A program made the translations under genes and the position numbers. From Chlorokybus atmophyticus (taxonomy: Eukaryota > Plantae > Mesostigma and Chlorokybus algae), in the NCBI GenBank assembly GCA_009103225.1, contig RHPI01003389.1:310001-374000 (forward strand): 64,000 nucleotides of DNA, written 5' to 3'. The notes beneath the pieces are model-generated. The model made no database searches, was not told the DNA's origin, and worked only from the letters and a program-made list of their open reading frames with translations. Each line of letters begins with the position of its first letter. Positions within the stretch are counted from its first letter, which is position 1. Positions 27,304 to 37,352 of the stretch are shown here, piece by piece.

Positions 27304-30074
27304 CTATGCCCTTGCAATCGTAGCACGCCATCTAGAACACACGAGGTTGAAGAGGTGTGGGTATGTTGTATGCAACACCCGTCCTGTCCTGTTGTACATC
27401 CACCTAAGCAGCTTTGCTGACAGGGCACTTTTAGCATAACCCTCTCGTTGCATGGCAGTCAGAAGTGCTGCCATATCAGATAGGAAATGTGCTGCGTATG
27501 TGCTCAATCATTAGAAGCGGAGACATTGTGACACCAACACTCCCAACTTGGCCTGTGTAGCAACATTAGTGGCTGGGTGTGGCGCTTTGCGTCTAGGTAT
27601 TCCCGCAAACTGTAGCTTATTCAACTTACATTAGGCTCTCGAGCACAAACCCACATCATGTCTTTGGAGCAATGTAACATCTAAGAAAGCAATGGAAGTG
27701 CTAGCAGCGGACTGAGTGAGAGTTAGTTTTTGCTGCGGATAGATGCCCCCTCCCAAAGCAGCAACTCCCGCATACATCGTCCTCAAACTCCTGCAAGTCT
27801 ACCGTTAAGACATCATCCACATACCTCGGCACGGACACTCACCGTTTGCGCAGTAGGTCCAAGTGGCCTGAGCTTGCGGACACATGTTAACTCAATCTTA
27901 CTCAAAGTAAAAATTTGCCAAGTAGACACCCGCATTGTTGCCTCCGGATTTTAATGGCTTGTTTGTGCAAGCGGTCCCCTGCAGTGCTCACATACAGATT
28001 ACACAACAAGTACTCTAGCAAGTAAGTCAAAGCAGCTGCAGTGTAAAACTTGATAGTAGCAGTATTCGTCTGTGTTGCTCTGTATCTCACCCATTGTTGC
28101 TGCAGTGCCCTTTTCAGCCAAGTGAGTTGTAAATACAGTAGCACCTTTGTTTTGCAAGGCAGTAAAAGCAAATAGATCGTGTACTAGTTGTGACAAACAT
28201 GCGAGACGATCTGCATGGCTGATGTTTGTCTACAACTGTGCAAAATTATATGATGCCAACAAGACTGGCACGAGCTTATCTGCTGCTGTACGATTGGTGT
28301 TCCAGTGTTGTAATAAAGGTTACACCCCCAAAAAGTCTTGTGATATCCAACTTGTCATTATGCCAAGCACTGCAACATCACTTGCCCACATGTTGTTAAA
28401 CACTGGCATCAAAACTTTATACGCATGCGCCAACCATACGCTCACAACCGACAAGGAGGTACCATGCGTCGCAGCGATGAAGCGTGGTTTCGGTGAATCT
28501 TTATGTAACTTAAGCGTCATGTATAGGTGGGGAAGACGCGTTGCAGCCTGGAATTGTTTTGTAGCCCATGCTGCGACAAAACTGAGCATGCTGTTGTAGC
28601 ACCTATTATCGCGGCTCATGCACAAGATCATACGTAGCAGTGTCTAATTCTGTTTGCATGAGGAATATATAGTAGTGCTTGCACAAATTAGCAATACCCC
28701 GCTACATTTATCCACCTTATTAAACACCAAAGAATCATGCAATTTTATGAACCAAGTGGCGATTGGATGCGGTGTATGTTGGCGCTGTGATGTCAGCCGC
28801 TAATACTGCTACGTTGATGGCAATAGTATCTGCTTTGACTCTGGCTTTAAATCATCTGTCTACGCATTGACAGCTCATCACAATTCTGAGTTTCTGCATA
28901 CGAATCATAATCATAAACGCCGCGGCTGATGGCAACCACACAAGTCAACACACGCAGTAGCTGGTGGGCAATACTTTGTGCCTACAGTCAACAAAGGGCG
29001 TAAAGTCGCTGATTGCAGCATGGAATAACCACAAGTCACAACATGGCCAAGACCCGCATGCACATAAGATGCCATGTGCACATCATGACAAACGCAGGCA
29101 GCAGACACAAAAGCGGACGGCTCCTGTGCCATCATTCTCGGCGCTACAGATGAGCCGTTGCACAACAATTGACCAACAATCTCTGTAGCGCCAGCGCACA
29201 GCTGGAGGTTGCCAAGCTTGTTGCAGAACTGGGGGCAGCAGTGGATTATTGAGGATGTGTGACAGGCTGATGAGATCAGCTACCATGTTTTAACATTCGC
29301 AATGCACCACTAAGGCTCGATTGTCCCCCGCTCGTGGTCTCCGCGCATACGTGGTTTGAATCTTGAGTTTCAACATCCCACGCTGTGCTTTCACATGGGC
29401 TAGGCTGATCGGTAACTCAGCTGGGGTCCTATTGTTCAGCAAATTTAACATGCGGTACAGGTTTCTCTGTGTGTAGGCACGCAATTGCTGAGCATACACA
29501 CTGCCAACTTGCATGCATCGTGTCAAATAGCGCAATCGTCGGCCGTGATCTGTATATGTGAAAGCGCGCTAGCCCACATGCACATAATCTCAATGCACAC
29601 GCATGACACGCGTGCAGATATCCATGCGTGCACGCCTGCATTAGGCGTGACCTTTTGAAGCGGTTACGTTCTTTGTTGTAGCCTAGGGGTTGGTGTGAGC
29701 GCATGATCTGAATCCATCTTTGCTCCAGCCCCCGTGCTCGCCGCTTTCAAAGTCTAAATGTCGCGCATTCAAGCATTTATTCCATGGGCACAATAGACCA
29801 TTTGTCAAATTCTATCATAACCATAGCCTTTTCTACCACTGTTGCCCGTCGCCTAATGCGGCTTTTGCATGTGTACTCCACTTATTAAATGCCGTTTTGC
29901 TAGTCACCCTGGTAGCATTTGCTACCAATGGTTGTAAGCATAACATATATTACAACTACAATATCAGCCAAGCACACAACATCCGTAAGGGATGCAAACA
30001 TCAGGGCCTTGGCCCGTATCTTTCGCAAGATAGGCAAGTCCCAGTGGGTGTTCACTTGCCGAATCCGCTGCTGG
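27304..30074 (-). mobile_element. Decayed Penelope-like retroelement with GIY-YIG endonuclease N-terminal to RT (Naiad/Chlamys architecture)
   Basis: Minus-strand fragments in order: GIY-YIG 'VIYVMLTTIGSKCYQG...LEQRWIQIMRSHQPLGYN' (~29960-29675); linker 'CVC...GHVVT...LRPLLTVGTKY' (~29100-28970); 'LPHLYMTLKLHKDSPKPRFIAA' (~28530-28470); 'GNNAGVYLANFY'; catalytic 'RYVDD' (27823-27812); 'GIYPQ...FLDVT'; 'PHPATN...GVLVSQCLRF'; 'EGY'. Many stops and frameshifts. Confidence 0.88.
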
Positions 30075-30416
30075 TGTAACGGTGTGCTACCTCCATAGAG
30101 GTTCCCCGCCCTTATTTAAGATTAGATAAGGGTCCCAACGGGATTATGTAGCCTGTTAAGCCTTGTTAAGGCCGTTAACCTAGTGTTAACGGCCTAATGC
30201 AGTGTGACTTAACTGTGACACTGATATCGGCGTGAGACATGAGTCTCACGCCGATATCAGCCGCATGGCGGCACTGCTAACGCAGTGGCCGCCATAGCCA
30301 GAGCATCTTTTGCTCTGGCAGCTGCCCCGGCAGCGGCGGCGGCGGTGGCGGTGGCTGGCTGGTAGTGGTGTTGGGGTAGGGGATTAAAGGGGGCGGTAGC
30401 ACCCCTCCTCCTTACA
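30075..30416 (+). repeat. 5' LTR of element A
   Basis: TG...CA termini; direct repeat of 39174-39515; followed by a PBS. Confidence 0.96.
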
Positions 30417-30418
30417 GT

Positions 30419-30430
30419 TGGTATCGGAGC
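30419..30430 (+). promoter_or_regulatory. Primer-binding site of element A (initiator tRNA-Met type)
   Basis: TGGTATCGGAGC 2 nt after the LTR end; one mismatch from the canonical TGGTATCAGAGC. Confidence 0.85.
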
Positions 30431-31212
30431 ACGGGCGGCAAGGGGCCTGTGGGAGGGGCGGCGGCAGGCGGCAGGCGGCGGCAGGCGGCAGCGACGTTAA
30501 ACTAGTGGTAGTTAAAGTGTTTTATGTTTTAACTATAGTTAAATGCTGCTGCTGGTGCCTAGCCTAGCCTAGCCTAGCCTAGCTTGCCATGCCATACATG
30601 CCATGCCTAGCCTAGCATGCCTGTCCTAGTCTAGTTTGTTATTGTGTGAAGGGAGCCGGCCATTCAGGCCTATCCCTGAAGCATTGCATTGCAGCACAAC
30701 ACATAGTAAACATACATTGATTGTATTATATTGTGTGTGTACCACCACGTGGATTCGTGGTGTAAGGGTTTTTCTATTAATTTGGAAATTCCCTTGGGGG
30801 GGGCCGTTGGGTGGCAACATCGACTGTCTCATTGCCGCCATTTTGTGCGGTGAGGCCGCCAGAATTTCTTGAGCGGCCGATATCAAACTCACCATTCACA
30901 ACTTGTCGATATCGGCCTGTAAAGTCGATTTGACGAGATTTTGGCACCCTGTGTGTCAATCACAGTTGTGAATTGTGCTGGGTTGTAAAGTGAAAACTTT
31001 GAGAAATCATAACTCGTGAACCGTCGTGTGGATTCGCGCACGGGTTGTTGCAGAGTGAGTGTCTAGTTGAGAGGTGTGTGGAGAGCTCTTTTGGGGCTGT
31101 ATACTCCATCGTAACGCCTCAAAACTTGACGAGACAAAATCATTAGATTTTGCCTGTTTTGCAGTGCACAATCTGAGTACTTGTGCACTTGCTAACGGCT
31201 GTCTTTGGGCAG

Positions 31213-32676
31213 ATGTCTGACCAAGGAGAGGGAGGTGAGAAGTACTTTACCGTCCCTGACTCGTCGTCATCATACGAACCATCAAGTGATGACAAAATGA
31301 GAGACTCGGACACGAGTGAGAGCTACAAGCTCACTGAGAGTGACAAGGAGGAAGCCGCGCAGGATAGCGAAGCTTCTCCCGATCAATCTACTCAGAGTGG
31401 GCCAGCTACAATGGACACACAGTCTGTCATTGGTGGGGCTATTGAGAAGTATGCGCGAGATCGCAAAGCCTTGATCGATGCTCACCCACAGCTTCGTCAG
31501 GAAGTGTGGGATGCATGGGCACAAAAGGTTCGTGATGGCTATGCAACAGATTTTGCCACTCTCCCTCGCGCAAGCAAGGAGATGGTGATCCGCATGATTG
31601 AGCACGAGTTGACGAACAACGTTCCGCCACTCGTGCGCGGTGATCCGAAGGTGGCTGCTCTTATGGCTGTTTACGATAGGCCGCTCCCATACGAAGGGAA
31701 GCGGATGGCGTTTGAGGCCTTGGCCAATTTGATGGTTAAAACGCAGCAGCGTTGCAAGGACGTGTTCTGGTATTTGGGACCTAACTTGGAAGACAAGTTG
31801 ACTGGCCGAGTGCAGTTGACGGCACGCCTTGATGCTATGCAGTCTGAGTTGGTGGCGCTGCGCCAACAGGTGGCGGGTGCTACTTCAGCAGCTGGTGCAT
31901 CAGCGAGGCTGCCGGTTACAGCACTGAACAAGCCTGAGAAGTTCAAGCCCAACGGCAGTGTCAGCATCCATGATTGGGTGGTCACTGTTGAGCACTATTT
32001 GACAGCACTAAAGCGCCCAATGAGTGAGCACGTTGCGGTTGCTGAGTTGCTGATGCCATCTGATGCTCTCGCCGAGTGGGCGAGACATACAGAGAACGGT
32101 GCTGCCAAGACAGTCGAAACACTGTTCCAGTTTCTGACGGAACGTTATGGTGGCATGGATCCGGCTACTCAAGCTCGCAACAAGCTCATGAAGTTGCGAC
32201 AGAATGGTCGGGCAGCTTCAGCCTATCTGCAGGAGTTTCAGGCGTTGGTGGGTCATGCTAACAGCGGCCTCATGCCCATGGACAAGGCCGAGCAGTTTGA
32301 GTTGTACAAGCGCGGCTTTTATGCGCGTGTGCGCGATATGCTGCAATACGACACTGTGATGGGGCTTCCTTGGGTTCCTGACAACTTGGCACAACTACAG
32401 AAGTTGAGCGTGTATCTGTTTGGTGATGACGCAACAGTGCAGGACAAGTCACAGGTGACAGAAACTGCCAAGTCGCAGCGGGTGGGAGGAAAGCGTTACT
32501 CTCAGCCAAGTGCGCATGTGGCGAAGAAAGCAAAGATGTTCGCGCCTCGTACTGGTGCTACGTCTACTGGTGGTGCAGCTACTGCGGCTCGCACCTGTTT
32601 CATCTGTCATCAACCTGGCCATATCGCAAAGAACTGCCCGACCAAGGGGAAGGGCAAGGCCAAGAAGGTTGAATAG
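31213..32676 (+). CDS. gag: Gag of element A (intact ORF, CCHC zinc knuckle)
   Basis: Open frame of ~487 aa with capsid-like 'KPEKFKP...ARNKLMKLRQNGRAASAYLQEF' and knuckle 'CFICHQPGHIAKNC'. Confidence 0.9.
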   Translation: MSDQGEGGEKYFTVPDSSSSYEPSSDDKMRDSDTSESYKLTESDKEEAAQDSEASPDQSTQSGPATMDTQSVIGGAIEKYARDRKALIDAHPQLRQEVWDAWAQKVRDGYATDFATLPRASKEMVIRMIEHELTNNVPPLVRGDPKVAALMAVYDRPLPYEGKRMAFEALANLMVKTQQRCKDVFWYLGPNLEDKLTGRVQLTARLDAMQSELVALRQQVAGATSAAGASARLPVTALNKPEKFKPNGSVSIHDWVVTVEHYLTALKRPMSEHVAVAELLMPSDALAEWARHTENGAAKTVETLFQFLTERYGGMDPATQARNKLMKLRQNGRAASAYLQEFQALVGHANSGLMPMDKAEQFELYKRGFYARVRDMLQYDTVMGLPWVPDNLAQLQKLSVYLFGDDATVQDKSQVTETAKSQRVGGKRYSQPSAHVAKKAKMFAPRTGATSTGGAATAARTCFICHQPGHIAKNCPTKGKGKAKKVE

Positions 32677-32875
32677 GATTACGCCGTGACTGATGTAGAT
32701 GTGGTTGATAGCCAGTTGCTTGTATTAGTAGCAAACTGGTTTGCTGAGTTGTCTCAGGTGCATGTAATGACACATGCATGGCAAGCACATAGCGAATTGC
32801 CGCTTTTTAAATATTGAAAAAGTGGAAGAGAATGCTTGTGTGTTGGTACATGTTGAGTTTAACATGCTTACTTAA

Positions 32876-34780
32876 GTGTTGCACACTTTAACTAAGTTGC
32901 AAAGTAAGCACAGAACCTTGAGTGTTGTGGTAATGGTGCCTAAGTATCATGGCCCATGGTTAAAACACACTCGAGGGGGGATTGTGTTGAAGCAATTTAG
33001 CAAGCGTGAAACAGGGACAGTGCGATTGTCAGCAATATTGACCAACTCTTGCGTTAGTCACGGACTCTTGGCTACGTTTCAAGGACGGGTAGTACCTCTA
33101 TTGTGGACATTTAAGGGTACAATGCATGGGATTACTAGTTCGTTCTTGGTTGACACTGGTGCGACACACAACTTTGTTGAGAAACAATGGGTTGTTCGCA
33201 ATAAAGTATCATGTAAACCCTCAGCATTTTCAGCTGCCGGTGCAGGGGGTGCGTTGCCAGTAAGAGGACAAATAAAAATGAAGGTAAAAATTGGTGATTA
33301 TCATGCCAACCTCACCTTCAGAATGGTGTCCATTAACATAACTGGTGTTGATGTGGTGCTAGCACAGGAATGGCAGGATAATGTCAAAATGACATTGGAT
33401 ACTGGTGCACGATTGTGCACAGTGAAAAAGGGTCGTAAGCGTGTAGCGCTGTCTGTGAGAGGGTCACATAGCTTGGAACAAGTGCAAGTTGATCCTGCGC
33501 TCCTGACTGCACTCCCAGTGAAGCGTGCTTTGCGTAAAAACACACCAGCTTTCTTGGTGCACTTAACGTCATCCGATGACTTTGTGCAAGGCAGCACGGA
33601 AGGTGTTGCAGACATTATTGAGAAGTATCAGGAGATATTCTCAGATGAGTTACCAGGCTTACCTCCTGATCGAGGTGTCGGGCACACAATACCTTGTATT
33701 CCTGATAGTGAGCCTTCATTTCGGCCTATATATAGGTTGAGCCCTCGTGAAAAGGGGGAAATGGAAACACAGATAAAGGAGTTACTGAAAAAGGGATTGA
33801 TTAAACCAAGTTCTTCACCCTTTGGCGCACCCATCTTGTTTGTTATGAAAGAGAATGGCAAGTTACGCATGTGTGTAGATTATCGTGCTCTAAACAAAAT
33901 CACGGTAAAGAATCGATACCCGTTGCCAAGGATTGATGATATGTTTGACAAGTTGTCGGGGAATGCGTACTTTAGTACATTGGACTTAACAAGTGGATAT
34001 CATCAAATCCGGATTCATCCTTTAGAAGTCTATAAGACTGCGTTTAGAACACGAACAGGTCATTATCAATACAAAGTGTTACCTTATGGATTGACTAATG
34101 CACCCGCCGTGTTTCAGAAGGAAATGAACAAAATATTTGACGATATGCTTGGCAAGCATGTCATGATTTACTTGGATGACATTATTGTCTTCAGTAAAAC
34201 AAAGGATGAGCATAGGCAACACTTGGAAGCGGTGTTTGCAAGGTTGCGCAAACACCGTCTGTTTGCAAATCTCACAAAGTGTTTTGCAAAATAGCGTTGC
34301 ATTTCCTTGGCCACATTGTGAGTGGTGCAGGCATCAAGCCTGACCCCCGCAAAGTGCAAATTGTGAAAGAATGGCCACAACCTAAAAATGTCCATCAACT
34401 AAGGTCGTTTAAAGGGTTGGCAAACTACTTTCGCAAGTCCATGATGGGGTACTCTACGGTTGTCATGCCTATGACCAAACTGTTGCGTAAACATTCCCCG
34501 TTCACGTGGACGACAGCACAAGAAGCTGCTATGCAACAAGTGAAGTTGGCTTTGACATCAGCACCGGTGTTAGCATTGCCAAATTGGGAAAAACACTTCA
34601 CAGTGGTCGGTGACGCATCAACACTTGGGTGTGGTGCGGTACTATTGCAAGATGGCAGACCTTGTGCTTATGAGAGTAAGAAGTTCATTCCTGCAGAGGT
34701 GAATTATACTACGTCTGAGCAAGATATATTGGGTATAGTTCATGCTCTTGAGACATGGAGATGTTACTTAGAGGGTGTTC
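32876..34780 (+). pseudogene. pol: Pol of element A, 5' part (protease, RT, RNase H up to the B insertion)
   Basis: Protease 'FLVDTGATHNF'; RT 'LRMCVDYRALN', 'YHQIRI', 'PYGLTNAPAVFQ', 'YLDDI'. Frameshift at ~34290. RNase H 'VVGDASTLGCGAVLLQ...HALETWRCYLEGV'. Confidence 0.93.
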
Positions 34781-34887
34781 TGTAACGGGAGCAATAATAC
34801 CCCTATTATTATTGCTCTTGTTACATTATTGCTCCCGTTACACCACACCAAGCCTTTTGTGGTGATCAGTGATGCTTCCACCATTGG

Positions 34888-36678
34888 GTGTGGGCAGTCC
34901 TTCTACAGGATGACAGACCATGTGCATATGAAAGCAGAAAGTTCATTCCTGCTGAACGTAATTACACAACCACTAAGCAGGAATTGCTCGGGGTGGTGCA
35001 CGCGCTGCGCACATGGCGTTGCTACTTGGAAGGGGTGGAGTTTTCAGTGATTACTGATCACAACCCGCTCACATTCTTTCATACGCAACAAAATCTGTCA
35101 AGGCGGCAAGCTAGGTGGAATGAATTCATTTCTCGTTTCACTTTTTCTTGGCAATACCGTCCAGGTCGCACCAATGTGGCGGATCCACTAAGTCGCAGCC
35201 CTGCTCTTTTGGCACTTACGCGCTCTCGAAGTACGCGTATTGTACAACAGCCTGAAGATCCTTTCTTAAAGGAAGTGTCCACAGGTTATAACTCAGGTGA
35301 TTGGTTTAGCAGTCAAACCAACTTGCAACAGCTTACTGCTGTTAGCAATCTGTGGTATAAAGGGGAGCAGTTGGCAATTCCCAACTCGGGCGACTTACGT
35401 AAGCAATGCTTACATTCAGTGCATGACCCGCCGTATGCTGGGCATTTGGGGAAACACAAAACACTCAAATCTGCGCAACAGTTATACTGGTGGCCGTCAA
35501 TGTCAGCTGACGTGGATCAATATGTTCGCACATGTGACGTGTGTCAACGCAATAAGCCACTACGACAAAAACAAGCGGGATTGCTTAAACCATTGGCAAT
35601 TCCAGAACAAAAGTGGGATAGTGTCAGTATGGATTTAATTACTGACCTACCTGAAACAGCAGCTAAATACACTGCTATTGTGGTTTTTGTCGACCGTTTG
35701 ACTAAAATGGTGCATTTTGCCCCGTGTTGCACAACTGCAAGTGCACGGGACTTGGCACACTTATTTGTGTCCACGGTTTTTCGCGTTCACGGTGTACCGC
35801 GTGAACTTGTCACAGATCGTGATCTTCGGTTTGTCTCCAAGTTTTGGCGAGAAGTGTGTGAATTGTTGGGGGCAAAACAAAGCATGTCAACTGCTTTCCA
35901 CCCGCAAACGGACGGTCAAACTGAGCGAGCAAATCAAATACCGGAAGAAATGCTTCGCCACTATGTGGCTCCTAATCATGCTGATTGGGACAGGTACTTG
36001 CCAATGGCAGAGTTCGCTGTGAACAACGCGTGGCAGGAAAGTGTGAAGGAAACCCCATTTTTCTTGAATTATGGGATTCGCCCGAACACACCAGCGTCAT
36101 TGCGTGTACCTCGCAATGCCCTGTCTGTACCAGCGGCAAAGGAATTTGCCACTAATATGCAAGAAAATTTGGCTCGAGCCAAGCTGTGTCTGTCAGAAGC
36201 ACAGGACAGGCAAAAAGCTTATGCTGATACACATCGAAAAATGGCCACTTTCGATGTTGACGATAAAGTTTTGCTTAATGCAAAAAACATAACCATCAAA
36301 GGTACGGGTGCTCGCAAGTTGCTGCCCCGATGGTTAGGTCCTTTCTCTATCACTGATAGAGTTGGTACGCACGCTTATCGACTGCAATTGCCCCCAAGTG
36401 TGCGTATACACAACGTGTTTCATGTAAACTTGTTGAAACCTTACCGCTCAGACGGTAGAACACAGCCTCCACCACCGCCAGTTGAGGTGGACAGCGAGCT
36501 CGAATATGAGGTGGAAGCTATATTGAACCATAAGCTAGATAGTCGAGGACGCGCAACTCGCTATTTGATGAAATGGAAAGGGTATGGCCCGGAACATAAC
36601 AGTTGGGAGCCCGACAGGCATCTTACGCACTGCCGCGAGTTGCTTCGAGCTTATTGGGATTCATGTCCTGTCCCATAA
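34888..36678 (+). CDS. pol: RNase H-integrase-chromodomain ORF of element B (partial pol)
   Basis: 596-aa open frame: RNase H; integrase HHCC 'HDPPYAGH...CDVC'; core 'MDLIT...VTDRD...TERANQ'; GPY/F 'WLGPF'; chromodomain 'YEVEAILNH...YLMKWKGYGPEHNSWEP'. Confidence 0.92.
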   Translation: MWAVLLQDDRPCAYESRKFIPAERNYTTTKQELLGVVHALRTWRCYLEGVEFSVITDHNPLTFFHTQQNLSRRQARWNEFISRFTFSWQYRPGRTNVADPLSRSPALLALTRSRSTRIVQQPEDPFLKEVSTGYNSGDWFSSQTNLQQLTAVSNLWYKGEQLAIPNSGDLRKQCLHSVHDPPYAGHLGKHKTLKSAQQLYWWPSMSADVDQYVRTCDVCQRNKPLRQKQAGLLKPLAIPEQKWDSVSMDLITDLPETAAKYTAIVVFVDRLTKMVHFAPCCTTASARDLAHLFVSTVFRVHGVPRELVTDRDLRFVSKFWREVCELLGAKQSMSTAFHPQTDGQTERANQIPEEMLRHYVAPNHADWDRYLPMAEFAVNNAWQESVKETPFFLNYGIRPNTPASLRVPRNALSVPAAKEFATNMQENLARAKLCLSEAQDRQKAYADTHRKMATFDVDDKVLLNAKNITIKGTGARKLLPRWLGPFSITDRVGTHAYRLQLPPSVRIHNVFHVNLLKPYRSDGRTQPPPPPVEVDSELEYEVEAILNHKLDSRGRATRYLMKWKGYGPEHNSWEPDRHLTHCRELLRAYWDSCPVP

Positions 36679-36825
36679 ACTGTGGGCTTGGTTTTATGAC
36701 AGACTGGCAGTGCAGTTTCATTACCACCCTGTCATTTCCTGCTATCTCACTGGTTACAATTACTCGAAATCAAGCCTGATCAACTTGAGTTCAACGAGGA
36801 CGTTGAAAACCTAAGTGGGGGGGAA

Positions 36826-37352
36826 TGTAACGGGAGCAATAATAATAGGGGTATTATTGCTACCTAAATAACACATTTTGTATGAATAAGTGTTTAAATA
36901 TGCTTAATTATACCTCTTTCCTACGGTTCCGCGCTTATTTAAGGCTATGATGCTTTATCATAGCTTAAATAAGTCCCAATGGGTGTAGAACCGCTTATTC
37001 AAGCCTATTTAGTGTCACATTTGATATAATGTGATCACCATCTCGTTAGGTACCTTACGTATAGGTATCTTTGGATAGGTACCTTATCGATAAGTACCTT
37101 ATCTGAGCTGTGATTGGCTCACGCTAGATTTCCTAACTACCCTATCTGTAGGGTCGATGTCTAGTTGTGAGTTAATTATCGAGAGGTATATAGTTGATAT
37201 ACTCTTGATATAAAAGGTCACATCAGTCTGATGTGGGGACTTTCAGTTCTCTGCTCAGTGGTGGCCACGCCGTTGAAAGGCTTGTCATAGGCGGTGTGGG
37301 TGTTGGGGTAGAGGATTGAAGGGGCATCACCGGCGACGGTGGTGCTGTTATA
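36826..37352 (+). repeat. 3' LTR of element B (preceded by PPT at 36813-36825)
   Basis: Follows AAGTGGGGGGGAA; homologous along its whole length to 43900-44427; TATAAAAG box at ~37210. Confidence 0.95.

Larger units (their letters stand above)
34781..37352 (+). mobile_element. Element B: 5'-deleted Ty3/gypsy chromovirus nested in element A's RNase H
   Basis: Starts TGTAACGGGAGC and ends TGTTATA. TSD TGTTC at 34776-34780 and 37353-37357. Removing it restores A's frame 'YLEGV-QFTVVTDHNPL'. Confidence 0.93.
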
